A DNA stretch of 64,000 bases from Candidatus Bathyarchaeia archaeon (GCA_050015395.1 JBEKBM010000004.1:63265-127264); one strand, 5' to 3'. Counted from the first letter of the stretch, positions 9,861 to 20,881 are shown. Notes: generated from the letters alone by a model not told the origin. Translations and numbers: made by a program.

Positions 9861-9920
9861 TCATCAAGTAAAAAACGTACTCCTATTACTTACCGCTGAG
9901 CAGGCGAATAATATATAGGC

Positions 9921-11372
9921 TTATTGAGTTTTTAGCCAAAACGGTTTGCTCGAAAGAAAATCCGTCAAGAACTCAGCGAAATCAACATTTTCTTCATATA
10001 CTGCACCTATTTCGGCGTCAACCAGAATCTTGTGGTTCTTACGGATTGATTTTGCAATCAGTTCAGCGACGCCAGCGTTTTTGCCTCCGTCTGCAAGCTT
10101 ATCTTTTAAGAGCGCAACTGCATCTGTTGTTTTGCGTGGCACTTCAACTATCCAGCGTCCATCCTCAATAAATGGTCCAGAAACAACCTGTTTATTGTCG
10201 GCATATTTAGCTAAGAAATTCTCGCTTTCCACTTCTCGTTCAAGCGGCGGACCTAGGTGCTTTTTGATGTTTGGCAAAATTTGCTGTTCAAGCTCAAAGG
10301 TGAAGATGCTGAGGGTTTTTTCGTTGCTCCAGACAGTGTCTTTTAGGATTTTGTAATCGTTTAGCTCTAATAGTCTATGTAGTGAACGTTTTGTTCTGTA
10401 TAGTTGTCCCCATAAAACGTCTGGAACAGCGCCCACCTGGTCTATAACTAGAAATACAATGGATGAGCCGCGGCTCTCAAACTGGCTTTTCAAGCTTGCA
10501 ACTGGTAGAGCCTGAGGTTTAGGCGGATAAAAGAAGGCTACGTCAGGCTTTTTTAGGAAGGCTCTGGCTGCGCCAACAAAACTGTACAGTTTCTGAGGCT
10601 GCACGGCTGAAGCTACGTTTCTTCCTTTATCAACGGGGTCAATGATCACTAATGGTTCAGGGAAAAGTAGGGAAAGCTCGTTTTCTCTGTTTTCGTAATA
10701 GTTTTCGATGTCTATTACTACTCGTTTATTGTACCGTGCAAAGGCTCGTATTGTTTCAGCGAACGAGCGGTATTTCATTATCAAGAGTTCGCAGAGGTAA
10801 CCGCTGAATCCGCCGACTTTTATTTCTGCCCCATAAACGCCGATGCCCTGCATGAACCTTTTAAGAAGCCGAACCTCTCCACGCAAGTCCACGGTTAAGT
10901 GTTTTTTAATGTAGTCTGTATGATACGGCGTTCGGTCAGTGGCGCTTTGCCATTCGCCAGGCTTGGCATCATAACAAGGGACAATATCCACGCGGTAGCC
11001 TTCAACGAATATTTGTAGGTAAGGATGCTCAGCAAAACGTTCAATCTGCTCATAAGCGCCAGCCGCCTTTTTAGCAATCTTTAAGCCGATGTCGCCAAGA
11101 TTTTTTCTTGGTATGGAGGTTGGTAGGCGCATGAAAATGTCAATATCAGGATTTTCCCGAAGCCATGTGTCTTTAGCTACTGAGCCTTCAACACGCACAA
11201 TCGCTGCAGTACCTTCTTGTTTGCAAGCCAAGGCCACTTTCTGCTCTAACTCACGGGTTATAGCATCAACTTTTGCACGGTCTTCCTTCTCAGGCGTAAT
11301 TTTCTTTAGAACTTGCTTGGTTATTGCTTCGATTTCCTGCATGGCTATCATTTTTGCTCCTGTGTCGGGCAA
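9921..11372 (-). CDS. cca: Archaeal CCA-adding tRNA nucleotidyltransferase
   Basis: EGSVAKDTWL..DIDIF, AEHPY, DRTPYH, GFSGYLCEL, DPVDKGRNVA. Confidence 0.95.
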   Translation of the reverse strand: MPDTGAKMIAMQEIEAITKQVLKKITPEKEDRAKVDAITRELEQKVALACKQEGTAAIVRVEGSVAKDTWLRENPDIDIFMRLPTSIPRKNLGDIGLKIAKKAAGAYEQIERFAEHPYLQIFVEGYRVDIVPCYDAKPGEWQSATDRTPYHTDYIKKHLTVDLRGEVRLLKRFMQGIGVYGAEIKVGGFSGYLCELLIMKYRSFAETIRAFARYNKRVVIDIENYYENRENELSLLFPEPLVIIDPVDKGRNVASAVQPQKLYSFVGAARAFLKKPDVAFFYPPKPQALPVASLKSQFESRGSSIVFLVIDQVGAVPDVLWGQLYRTKRSLHRLLELNDYKILKDTVWSNEKTLSIFTFELEQQILPNIKKHLGPPLEREVESENFLAKYADNKQVVSGPFIEDGRWIVEVPRKTTDAVALLKDKLADGGKNAGVAELIAKSIRKNHKILVDAEIGAVYEENVDFAEFLTDFLSSKPFWLKTQ

Positions 11373-11941
11373 TATTCTCTGAGCGTTGAGTAAGTTGGAC
11401 CTTTCGGTGAAAGTTGGCTTTTTTTAAGCCGAAGGCAGTCGGCTTTGATTGTGCCGAACTCGTAATCGGCTTTTTTTGTTACCAGCTCAGCTAGGCGCTG
11501 CTTGTTTGCGCCGGATTTCACCCGTGCGATTGTTAAGTGTGGGCTGAACCCGTAAGCATCTGCCGCGAAGCCTAACGCGCGCATCTGTGGTTCTAGCTGG
11601 CTGAAAATGCTTTTGAGTTGTTCTACACCCTCGGTCAATCCAGCCCAAACAACTCTCGGGTAATTTATGCTGGGAAAAACTCCTAAACCCCGAAGTTGGG
11701 TGTTGAACGGGGTAAACTTGACTTTCTTCATTGCTTCATAAACTTTGTCCACCATGCCCGGGCTGATTGAGCCGAGAAAACGCATGGTTATGTGAATGTT
11801 TTGCGGCTCTACAAGTCTGAGGTCTGCGCCAGTTTCAACCAGAAGTTTCTGCACCGCCGAGAGCCTGTTCAGTACCGACTCGTTTTCCATGTCGAAAGCA
11901 ATGAAGCTTCTTATTTGTTCAGACATCGCGTGTTCCTTCAA
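11348..11941 (-). CDS. thpR: RNA 2',3'-cyclic phosphodiesterase (2H phosphoesterase)
   Basis: RSFIA, HITMRFLG, PHLTIARVK. Confidence 0.95.
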   Translation of the reverse strand: MKEHAMSEQIRSFIAFDMENESVLNRLSAVQKLLVETGADLRLVEPQNIHITMRFLGSISPGMVDKVYEAMKKVKFTPFNTQLRGLGVFPSINYPRVVWAGLTEGVEQLKSIFSQLEPQMRALGFAADAYGFSPHLTIARVKSGANKQRLAELVTKKADYEFGTIKADCLRLKKSQLSPKGPTYSTLREYCPTQEQK

Positions 11942-12416
11942 GTATTTTTAACACTTATCCTTCATAAATGCTTTTTAATGCAATCGCTTCTGTTGGTGAT
12001 GTCACCAACTCCGCCTTATTTTCCCTTTTCTTTTTGGAGGCTCAATGAAATGGAGCTTAATCGAGATTTTTCTATTGGCCTTTGCGACAGCGTAAACGTG
12101 AGTTTAGAGCTGATAAAGGCAAGAAACAGAGTTATCCTAAGCAGCGTAAACGCTGGAATTTAATTAGTCATGGACAAGCAAACATGAATTTAAATTTAAA
12201 CCAAACAACCGAGCAACATTCAGTCATTAACAATAATAAAGCGTTTAAAAATCCTCCAGAAATAAGAGAATATTGGCGCATCCACAAACAACAGCAAGAG
12301 CGCTGTTAAGCTATTGATTTTCCTTAAATTCTACTTAATTCTCTAATAAAGAGAGTTAATAAAATTAGTTTAAGATATCCTGTTATTCTTTCTATCCAAA
12401 AACTTAGTAATTTGCT

Positions 12417-12842
12417 TCATTTCGTGGGGAAAATGGCAACTTTGGTTACATCCAGTTTTTCCTTTAAGATTCTAATAGCTTCAGTGACGAGAGAATCATA
12501 CTTCAAGTCAGCCTCTTTTCCTCGCTTAAATTTTTCATGTGTAGTTCTGTGAACGAAAAAATTCCGTTCATTATTAATTTTAATCATATTTTCATGTTCT
12601 TCAGAATCAATTATTTTCAATACTTTAAGTACACGAGCTGCATCTCTAAGATAGAAATTCTCAAGAACGCTGTCAATTACCTCATGGTCTGCATTACATA
12701 ACAAAAAATAATCTTTAATTTTCAAGCAACCATTATGTTCAAGTTGTATTGCTGAGAGAACGATTGCAGTAAACCAATCATGCTCATTTTTGGCATTCTC
12801 GATAATTTCAAGTTGCGCTGTGTTGTAAAAAACTGCCGTCAT
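12417..12842 (-). CDS. Hypothetical protein with HEPN-like RxxxxH motif
   Basis: FTAIVLSAIQLE helix and ERNFFVH; AT-rich insert. Confidence 0.55.
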   Translation of the reverse strand: MTAVFYNTAQLEIIENAKNEHDWFTAIVLSAIQLEHNGCLKIKDYFLLCNADHEVIDSVLENFYLRDAARVLKVLKIIDSEEHENMIKINNERNFFVHRTTHEKFKRGKEADLKYDSLVTEAIRILKEKLDVTKVAIFPTK

Positions 12843-13011
12843 AGTCTAATCCTTCATTTGGTTTAGATTTCTCGTTTATTTTATCGTTGAAACTATTTCT
12901 ACGCTATTCAGATTTAAGACTTTTTAATTTTTAGATAGAACAGGCTTTTCATAAAAAACAAATGCTTTTTAATGGAAACGTTTGCTAATATGAACTAAAA
13001 AAGGGTAAGTC

Positions 13012-13578
13012 ATGTACGCTGACAAGATAGTTGTTGGTTTAGCAGGGATGCCTGGGTCAGGTAAATCCTTGGTTGTTGAAACTGCACGCGAACTAGGCTA
13101 CGCCATAGTGGTTATGGGCGACGTGATTAGAGACGAAACAGCAAATCGAGGCTTAGATTTAACTCCGCAGAACGTTGGGAAAGTTATGCTTCAATTACGA
13201 GAAGAGGGCGGAAACACCGTGGTCGCAGAGAAGTGCATTCCTAAAATAGAAGCGCAAGCAAGCAGTAAAGTTCTTGTTGACGGTTTAAGAAGCCTATATG
13301 AAGTTGACGTTTTCAAAGCGCATTTTGCCAAGTTCAGCCTTGTTGCTGTGCATGCTTCTCCCGAAACGAGGTTTAACCGCCTCTTCAATCGCCATCGAAG
13401 TGATGACCCAAGCGGATGGGAAGTTTTCCGTGACCGGGACATGCGGGAGCTTAGTGTTGGCTTGGGCAATGTGGTTGCGATGGCTGAGCAGATGATAGTT
13501 AACGATAATAGTGTTGAGGAAGTTAAGCTTAAAGTTGTGGAGTCTTTGCAAAGGATTGAGGAAAAATGGCTGAAGTAA
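13012..13578 (+). CDS. UPF0200 nucleotide-kinase-like P-loop protein
   Basis: GMPGSGKS, MGDVIR, VDGLRS, RSDD. Confidence 0.9.
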   Translation: MYADKIVVGLAGMPGSGKSLVVETARELGYAIVVMGDVIRDETANRGLDLTPQNVGKVMLQLREEGGNTVVAEKCIPKIEAQASSKVLVDGLRSLYEVDVFKAHFAKFSLVAVHASPETRFNRLFNRHRSDDPSGWEVFRDRDMRELSVGLGNVVAMAEQMIVNDNSVEEVKLKVVESLQRIEEKWLK

Positions 13579-13967
13579 CTGTTCACGTTGAAGCTGAAAT
13601 TAACCCAACGGAAAACGAAGATAAAGTAAAAACGGTTGTAACTAACGTTTTAGGCAACGCTTCCATAACAATCACGCCTTCAGGCAAAGCAGACACATTA
13701 ACTGCTGAAGCTAAGGGGCAGGATTCTCTCTTTAAACTACGCAATATACTGCGCACTGACAGGATTCGAGACGCCGCCAGAAAAGCGCTCTTCCACAGCA
13801 TAAGAGGAAACACTATTAGTTTTTGCTTAAACAAGCAAGTAGCGTTTGCAGGGCACATCTCCTTTTCTGAAGAAACAGCGGAATCACCCTTAGGCCCCAT
13901 ACGAGTAACAATTACGGCTGATAATCCAAGGCAGCTTATCGAGTGGCTGGCGGAAAAAACCTCGTAG
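13566..13967 (+). CDS. UPF0201/DUF54 RNA-binding protein
   Basis: PTENEDKV, IRDAAR, LNKQVAFAG, ESPLGPI. Confidence 0.9.
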   Translation: MAEVTVHVEAEINPTENEDKVKTVVTNVLGNASITITPSGKADTLTAEAKGQDSLFKLRNILRTDRIRDAARKALFHSIRGNTISFCLNKQVAFAGHISFSEETAESPLGPIRVTITADNPRQLIEWLAEKTS

Positions 13968-13984
13968 GCAAGAAGGACTAAAAT

Positions 13985-15004
13985 TTGTCTGCAAGGGCTA
14001 AAGTAACGAAAAACGGCGCGGTTCTGTTAGGTGACAGCGTTGCCTGCGACGCTTTTGACGAGCAGAGGCCTTTGCGGATTGTAACTCATGCGCACGCAGA
14101 CCATCTTGGCGGCTTACGGAAAAGCTTGAAGTGCTGTGAGAAAGTTTTGATGACTAAGGCTACTAGAGACCTTGCGGAGGCACTTGACGACTCGCTGAAA
14201 CTTCGAGACGCAGTAACCGAGACACTGGAGTACGGCAAAACCGTCAGGTATGGTGAAGAGCAGATTACGCTTGTTAAGGCAGACCATATTTTGGGTGCCG
14301 CACAAGTGCTGGTTGAGGATGCTGGCGGAATACGGGTTGCTTACTCTGGCGACTTCAGGATTGACGACACTCCCGTTGTTGAATGTGACGTTTTGGTTGT
14401 TGAGGCAACTTATGGGAGTCCATCATGCAGGCGCTCTTTTGATGTGGATGTACGTGAACTTTTAGTTACAATGATTGAAAAACGCTTGCGCGGCGGCGCT
14501 GTCTACGTTTTCGGGTATCATGGCAAACTGCAAGAAATCATGCAGCTTCTAAGAAATGCGGACGTCGCTGTGCCGTTTGTTATGCCACAGCGGATTTATC
14601 AGGTTACGAAAGTTTGCGAGCAACACGGTATGCAGCTGGGTTGCTTGTCGCTTTCCACCGATGCGGATGGGCGTGAACTTCTGGGTGGGAACCTTCCATG
14701 CGTCGCCTTTTACCACATGAATTCTCGTGAATACGTGGGCTTGAATAATGCGCGTATCTGCGTTAGCGGTTGGGAATTCAATTCGCCTTGCAGGCAGATT
14801 GGCGACAGGGAATATTTAGTTGCGTTAAGTGACCACTCAGATTTCGACGGTTTAATAGAGTATGTTAAGCGTTCAAGAGCAAAACAAGTTATCACAGACA
14901 ATTATCGAGTGAGTCACGGCGCAGTTTTAGCTAAGGAAATCCGCAAGCGCTTAGGCGTTTCCGCAGTGGCAATGCCCAGAACCCCAGGGCAAACCACGCT
15001 GTAG
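13985..15004 (+). CDS. MBL-fold (beta-CASP-like) nuclease
   Basis: THAHADH, HILGA, YSGDF, EATYG, SDHSDF. Confidence 0.9.
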   Translation: MSARAKVTKNGAVLLGDSVACDAFDEQRPLRIVTHAHADHLGGLRKSLKCCEKVLMTKATRDLAEALDDSLKLRDAVTETLEYGKTVRYGEEQITLVKADHILGAAQVLVEDAGGIRVAYSGDFRIDDTPVVECDVLVVEATYGSPSCRRSFDVDVRELLVTMIEKRLRGGAVYVFGYHGKLQEIMQLLRNADVAVPFVMPQRIYQVTKVCEQHGMQLGCLSLSTDADGRELLGGNLPCVAFYHMNSREYVGLNNARICVSGWEFNSPCRQIGDREYLVALSDHSDFDGLIEYVKRSRAKQVITDNYRVSHGAVLAKEIRKRLGVSAVAMPRTPGQTTL

Positions 15005-15084
15005 CATTAGGGTTTTTGGCTAAAGAAAGTTAAAGCTTAAAAGCGGAAAATCAAACTACACTCAACTTACAAGAGAGCAAAGGA

Positions 15085-16365
15085 ATGAAGAGAATGAGCA
15101 AATCATCAGTTATTTCAGGCTTCTATAAGCTTTCGCCGAAAGAGCGTTTAGCAATCGTTAAAGATTTCGCAGGCTTAACCGATGAGGAAGTCCGTTTACT
15201 TGAGGACACAGGTTCCGTGTCCATTGATTTGGTTGACCACATGGTGGAGAACGTTATCGGCGTTTTCCCTGAACCATTAGGCATCGCAGGCAACTTCCAA
15301 ATTAACGGTAAAGACTATTTGATTCCGATGGCGACTGAAGAGCCAAGCGTGATCGCCGCTGCCAGCTACGCGGCTAAAATGGTAAGGGACGGCGGAGGAT
15401 TTCACACCAGCAGTACAGCGCCGATTATGATTGGGCAAATCCAAGTTGTCGGCATCAAGGATGCTAAAGCGGCTAAGAAGCAGGTTTTAGATGCTAAAGC
15501 TGATGTTCTTAAGAAGGCGAATGACCAAGACCCAGTTTTGAACTCTTTCGGCGGCGGAGCAAAAGACCTGGACGCTAAAATCATCGACACTTCGTTGGGG
15601 CAGATGTTGATTGTAGAGTTGTATGTTGATTGTCGAGATGCCATGGGCGGGAACGCTGTTAATACTATGGCTGAAGCAGTGGCGCCGCTAATTGAGCAGC
15701 TTACGGGCGGTCACGTTTATTTGCGCATTATCTCTAACTTAGCCACTAAACGATTGGCGAAAGCATGGTGCTCCGTGCCCAAGGAATCGCTAGGCGGGGA
15801 AGCAGTTGTGGACGGCATCGCTTACGCCTCGGCTTTTGCAGAAGCTGACCCTTACCGCGCAGCAACACATAACAAAGGCGCCATGAACGGCATAATAGCA
15901 GTGGTTCTTGCAACGGGAAATGACCACCGCGCTATTGAGGCTGGCGCTCACGCTTATGCCGCGTTAAAAGGACCATACACTTCCATATCAAAATGGACAA
16001 AAAACAAAAACGGCGACTTAGAAGGCGTAATCGAGCTGCCGATGGCGGTAGGCTTAATCGGCGGCGCAGTAAAAACTCATCCGATAGCAAGAGTTGCCAT
16101 GAAAATCTTAGGCGTCAAATCAGCTAACGAGTTCGCTGAAGTCTTAGCAGCCGTCGGACTAGCCCAAAATCTAGGCGCCTTGCGAGCGCTGGCGAATGAG
16201 GGAATTCAGCGCGGTCACATGTCTCTGCACGCAAGAAACATCGCAATTACCGCGGGAGCCAAAGACGATTTGGTTGATAAAGTTGCAGAGCGGATGGTTA
16301 AGGAACGAAAGGTTCGAGTGGACAGAGCCAAAGAAATCCTTGAAGAATTAACCAAAAAACAATAG
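15085..16365 (+). CDS. mvaA: Hydroxymethylglutaryl-CoA reductase, class II
   Basis: ENVIG, TEEPSV, DAMGGN, THNKG, GIQRGHMSLH. Confidence 0.95.
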   Translation: MKRMSKSSVISGFYKLSPKERLAIVKDFAGLTDEEVRLLEDTGSVSIDLVDHMVENVIGVFPEPLGIAGNFQINGKDYLIPMATEEPSVIAAASYAAKMVRDGGGFHTSSTAPIMIGQIQVVGIKDAKAAKKQVLDAKADVLKKANDQDPVLNSFGGGAKDLDAKIIDTSLGQMLIVELYVDCRDAMGGNAVNTMAEAVAPLIEQLTGGHVYLRIISNLATKRLAKAWCSVPKESLGGEAVVDGIAYASAFAEADPYRAATHNKGAMNGIIAVVLATGNDHRAIEAGAHAYAALKGPYTSISKWTKNKNGDLEGVIELPMAVGLIGGAVKTHPIARVAMKILGVKSANEFAEVLAAVGLAQNLGALRALANEGIQRGHMSLHARNIAITAGAKDDLVDKVAERMVKERKVRVDRAKEILEELTKKQ

Positions 16366-16373
16366 TTTTTTTG

Positions 16374-18882
16374 CCTTATATCCTTGTTTTGATGGATCAC
16401 CTTTTTGGACGTCTTGTAAGTGTATGATGCGGTAGATTTCAGCCTGGTTTCAATCCTTGTTTTGATGGATCACCTTTTTGGATTACACGCAACTTAAGGA
16501 AAGTTGGAAAATACATTGTTTCAATCCTTGTTTTGATGGATCACCTTTTTGGACGTTCTTTAAAACTATGAATGCTATCTGTATCTGTAGTTTCAATCCT
16601 TGTTTTGATGGATCACCTTTTTGGACTCCAACTTGAATTTCTGATTCAATCAGCAGTTTGGTTGTTTCAATCCTTGTTTTGATGGATCACCTTTTTGGAC
16701 TGTCGCTGAAGCTGTCAATAATGCGTTTCGAAGCCTGCTGTTTCAATCCTTGTTTTGATGGATCACCTTTTTGGACATTGGCAGAAATTTGTTTGGTGCC
16801 TTTATCACAGTTTCAATCCTTGTTTTGATGGATCACCTTTTTGGACAGCTATAAAGGAAAATGAAAGCATGGCTCGATACTTGTTTCAATCCTTGTTTTG
16901 ATGGATCACCTTTTTGGACGATTCACGCGAACAGCCCAGAAGTAACACGTGAAATGATGTTTCAATCCTTGTTTTGATGGATCACCTTTTTGGACGATTC
17001 ACGCGAACAGCCCAGAAGTAACACGTGAAATGATGTTTCAATCCTTGTTTTGATGGATCACCTTTTTGGACAAGCGTCTATGGCGGCTTATAATGAACTT
17101 TTCAGTTGTTTCAATCCTTGTTTTGATGGATCACCTTTTTGGACCAGAACGCGGGCGCAGGCTTCGCAGATTTAGCAAGGGTTTCAATCCTTGTTTTGAT
17201 GGATCACCTTTTTGGACCATAATCAAGCGGCAAACCCAAGTTGGGAACCCTAGTTTCAATCCTTGTTTTGATGGATCACCTTTTTGGACAAAAACATGGC
17301 GCAACTTCATACTGGAGTTGGCTAAAGTTTCAATCCTTGTTTTGATGGATCACCTTTTTGGACACCTCATGTATCTACCGCAATTCAGTTTATGGAGTGT
17401 TTCAATCCTTGTTTTGATGGATCACCTTTTTGGACCGCGGTTTTAACAGGCATCGTAACGGGCACGTATAGTTTCAATCCTTGTTTTGATGGATCACCTT
17501 TTTGGACATCGTAGAACTTACAATGCCCGCGCTCGTCATTAAGTTTCAATCCTTGTTTTGATGGATCACCTTTTTGGACTTCCTCTAGGATTCTTTAACG
17601 CATAAGTTATATTGTTTCAATCCTTGTTTTGATGGATCACCTTTTTGGACGTCTACTTGGCAGGAGTGGAAAGCAGCGGTTTACTGTTTCAATCCTTGTT
17701 TTGATGGATCACCTTTTTGGACTCTTTCAATTTTTATTTCCTCATATCACGTATATTTAGTTTCAATCCTTGTTTTGATGGATCACCTTTTTGGACTGTT
17801 TTGCGCATGCGGCGCCTGCAGCTGAAGAGTTGTTTCAATCCTTGTTTTGATGGATCACCTTTTTGGACCTGATTTCTGGAATATGGTTTCAGCGCCAACA
17901 ATGTTTCAATCCTTGTTTTGATGGATCACCTTTTTGGACACCGTTCTGCTTCACGAAAGTCGCGCTTTTACCCGGTTTCAATCCTTGTTTTGATGGATCA
18001 CCTTTTTGGACCATGCATCCAGAAATCGCAACAGGTACTTTGCAGGATAGTTTCAATCCTTGTTTTGATGGATCACCTTTTTGGACAACCCCTTAACTTT
18101 CGCCCTATTCTCCAAAATAAGAAGTTTCAATCCTTGTTTTGATGGATCACCTTTTTGGACTTTTGTAGACGCTTTTGATATTGCAATGGTACCGATGTTT
18201 CAATCCTTGTTTTGATGGATCACCTTTTTGGACCCTTGCGCTGAATCGCGTCCCTGCAAACTCGCGTAAGTTTCAATCCTTGTTTTGATGGATCACCTTT
18301 TTGGACACTGGTAGTTCTGGTTTAATAAGTGTTACTTATCCTTGTTTCAATCCTTGTTTTGATGGATCACCTTTTTGGACTTTTAATATTATTATCCTTA
18401 AACTGTTCAACACCAGTTTCAATCCTTGTTTTGATGGATCACCTTTTTGGACTAAAGCTGTTGCATACCACCACCACTATTAGATTGTTTCAATCCTTGT
18501 TTTGATGGATCACCTTTTTGGACACGGAGGGATAAAGCAAAGTGAGTGGAGCTCCTGGTTTCAATCCTTGTTTTGATGGATCACCTTTTTGGACACAGCC
18601 TTCGGAATCCGAAGGTTAGCACTTACCAAAAACGTTTCAATCCTTGTTTTGATGGATCACCTTTTTGGACGGATATTTTGGGTTTTACGATTTTAGAATC
18701 TGCAGTTTCAATCCTTGTTTTGATGGATCACCTTTTTGGAGTTTACATCGCGCTTGTTGACACGAACGGAAGCGTGTTTCAATCCTTGTTTTGATGGATC
18801 ACCTTTTTGGACATTCTTGACGACCGCGAAACGAAAAACACGCATGTTTCAATCCTTGTTTTGATGGATCACCTTTTTGGAC
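16374..18882 (-). CRISPR. CRISPR array: 35 repeats of 37 bp (+ strand GTTTCAATCCTTGTTTTGATGGATCACCTTTTTGGAC), 34 spacers of 33-39 bp
   Basis: Counted by hand. The minus-strand repeat ends ATTGAAAC, the degenerate trailer repeat is at 16374-16410, and the leader lies on the cas4 side. Confidence 0.98.
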
Positions 18883-19004
18883 AGCCGGCAAATTGGGGTT
18901 TATTGTGTGTTCGAGGCAGGTTTTGTGCTTTTTTGGAAATTGATTTTTCATGATCTCTTGATTATTAGAGCCTTTATAAAGAAAAGGCTTTGCCCAAAAA
19001 TTCC
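18883..19004 (-). promoter_or_regulatory. CRISPR leader
   Basis: AT-rich non-coding stretch between cas4 and the first intact repeat; TTTATAAA at about 18973-18980. Confidence 0.75.
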
Positions 19005-19625
19005 TTAGGCATAGTTTGCAGAAACATCTGTAGACGGTTGTCTTTTTGAAGTACATGGTGGACAGATTTTTCGGTAACAACAGTTCAGGCAACGGTTATC
19101 ATGTCTGGACGGAGGGATGAGACCTGAACTTAAAACATCACGTGTTTTCTGAAGTGTCGATAGGGCTAATTGTTTGATATTTTTTGTGATTTTTACTTGG
19201 ATTTCAATTCGTTTTGTTTTGTCAAAAACAATTATTGCTCTTTTCGCTTTTTTCCCAAAGTTCTCTTCCGCAAGAATGGCCAGTAATCCCAACTGTGTTT
19301 TCATCGTCGGACCTATTACAGCATAATCGGAATACTTTCGTTCTATGATAAGAATCTCATCAGATGTTTCTATAGCCTCATCGATTTTACCTGAAAACAT
19401 GTATTCCTTAGAGTAAAGCAGTATCTCCGTCAACTTTACACCGTTCAATCTTTTGATTTTGTAGCTCTTGTTAGTCGTGGAATGGCGACTATGGAAAGTT
19501 CTCCCTGCTAGTACTGTTCCACGTTTTCCTTCTCGCTGTTCAATTCCAAGAACTAGCTGGAAATAGGTGAATCGGGGACAAAAAGCATGTTCAACCGCGT
19601 TTGTAACAGATAGACCACTACTCAA
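19005..19625 (-). CDS. cas4: CRISPR-associated exonuclease Cas4
   Basis: FCPR, GKID..IIERK, CLNCCYRKIC. Confidence 0.95.
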   Translation of the reverse strand: MSSGLSVTNAVEHAFCPRFTYFQLVLGIEQREGKRGTVLAGRTFHSRHSTTNKSYKIKRLNGVKLTEILLYSKEYMFSGKIDEAIETSDEILIIERKYSDYAVIGPTMKTQLGLLAILAEENFGKKAKRAIIVFDKTKRIEIQVKITKNIKQLALSTLQKTRDVLSSGLIPPSRHDNRCLNCCYRKICPPCTSKRQPSTDVSANYA

Positions 19626-19918
19626 AGTACCATACTCTCCAGATTATTCGAGACGTACTCTTTATCGAATCCTTGACCGATAATGGTGACTCTGCCAAAG
19701 CATTTCTGGCAAGCAAAAATCAAGTATATAGACTCATCTTCCCCAGCAATACGCTTAAGCTTCTCCACCAAATCCTTCTTCTGCTGAGATGAAAGAGAAC
19801 CGCAAAAAACACTTTTCTGTATTCTAACGAAGCCTATATCTTTGAGCGCTTGGACTATGCGTGAGCGGGTCTTGTCATCAGATATGTCATATACAGCATA
19901 GTACATGTTTTTCTTCAA
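19622..19918 (-). CDS. cas2: CRISPR-associated Cas2
   Basis: YAVYDISDDKTR, RIQKSVF. Confidence 0.95.
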   Translation of the reverse strand: MKKNMYYAVYDISDDKTRSRIVQALKDIGFVRIQKSVFCGSLSSQQKKDLVEKLKRIAGEDESIYLIFACQKCFGRVTIIGQGFDKEYVSNNLESMVL

Positions 19919-19921
19919 GAA

Positions 19922-20881
19922 TCAACCTTCTTCCATCAATTTAGCTATCATTTTTCGGCAGTAAACCCAGCCTTCTCGCTCTATTGATTTTGATACATCT
20001 GTCATGTATCCATCAATTACAGCTTTTCGCCCTTCCTTAGAGAGGAAAACTCCAGACGCGGGCTCACCTTGCTGCGGAACTGTAAACCAAGAATCCCCGA
20101 CCATTCTTTTAGTGAACAATTTTATCGCCAAACGATCAACTTTAGCCCTAAACAGCTCAATCACGTCAAAGACCAAAGTTGGCTTACCATACGCATCTGC
20201 ATGGTAAATTCCAGCATTCGGATCTAACCCACTCAAAATAACCACCTTTTCCAAACTTGAATAAGTCAACCCATAAGCATAATTCAGAACTGCATTAAAT
20301 TTGTCCTCAGCAGGTTGCCGACTTCTCTCCCTAAACGCATATTTTTTAGGCAATATCGCCGAAATCGCCGAGAAATATTCTGAAGCCGCAAAACCTTCGA
20401 TGCCTAAAAGGGACTGCTTGAAAGAGAGCGCATACTCAAGTGATTTCAAGCTCGCCAATGACCTATTAATGCTTTCAATGGCTTTTTGTACTTTTTCGCT
20501 TGGAGTTTTTCTATTATTTTTTAGATCGACTAGTAGCTTTTTTTGTTCACGAAGTTTCCGAGATACTATCTCCTTAGATAGCTCGAATGCTAGAGCAGAC
20601 TCTTGATGAAGGTACTGTTTTCGCCTAACCTCTGTCGCCCTCCCAGGTGTGCTCATCCAAAACCTTCCAAACGGTTTACCTGACCAATTTGCCAAGACCA
20701 GCTGGATACCTTTTTCTAAACAGAGAGCCACCGCCTGAGTGCTAACCAGAGCGTTGGCAGTGATCATTATGGCGTCAACTTTTTCTGCAGGTATCTCTAT
20801 CTTGTCACTTGGCGTTTGAATCAGGAAACAATCATGATTTCTCTTCAACACACTCCCATGTTCACTTATCTCAACTATCAT
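19922..20881 (-). CDS. cas1: CRISPR-associated Cas1
   Basis: LLGIEGFAA, NAVLNYAY, GLDP..GIYH, DVIELFR. Confidence 0.95.
   Translation of the reverse strand: MIVEISEHGSVLKRNHDCFLIQTPSDKIEIPAEKVDAIMITANALVSTQAVALCLEKGIQLVLANWSGKPFGRFWMSTPGRATEVRRKQYLHQESALAFELSKEIVSRKLREQKKLLVDLKNNRKTPSEKVQKAIESINRSLASLKSLEYALSFKQSLLGIEGFAASEYFSAISAILPKKYAFRERSRQPAEDKFNAVLNYAYGLTYSSLEKVVILSGLDPNAGIYHADAYGKPTLVFDVIELFRAKVDRLAIKLFTKRMVGDSWFTVPQQGEPASGVFLSKEGRKAVIDGYMTDVSKSIEREGWVYCRKMIAKLMEEG

Noticed and set aside
15085-16365. Class II HMG-CoA reductase as an unusual acquisition
   Set aside because: Class II enzymes are already known in several archaeal lineages
17723-17759. Short spacer matches within the window (TGAGGAAATA near 21; also TACACGCAACT near 7507 and GGATATTTTGG near 63550 for other spacers)
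   Set aside because: Only 10-11 nt each; expected by chance
17066-19092. ORFs across the CRISPR array
   Set aside because: Translations of repeats and spacers (VSILVLMDHLFG, FNPCFDGSPFWT)
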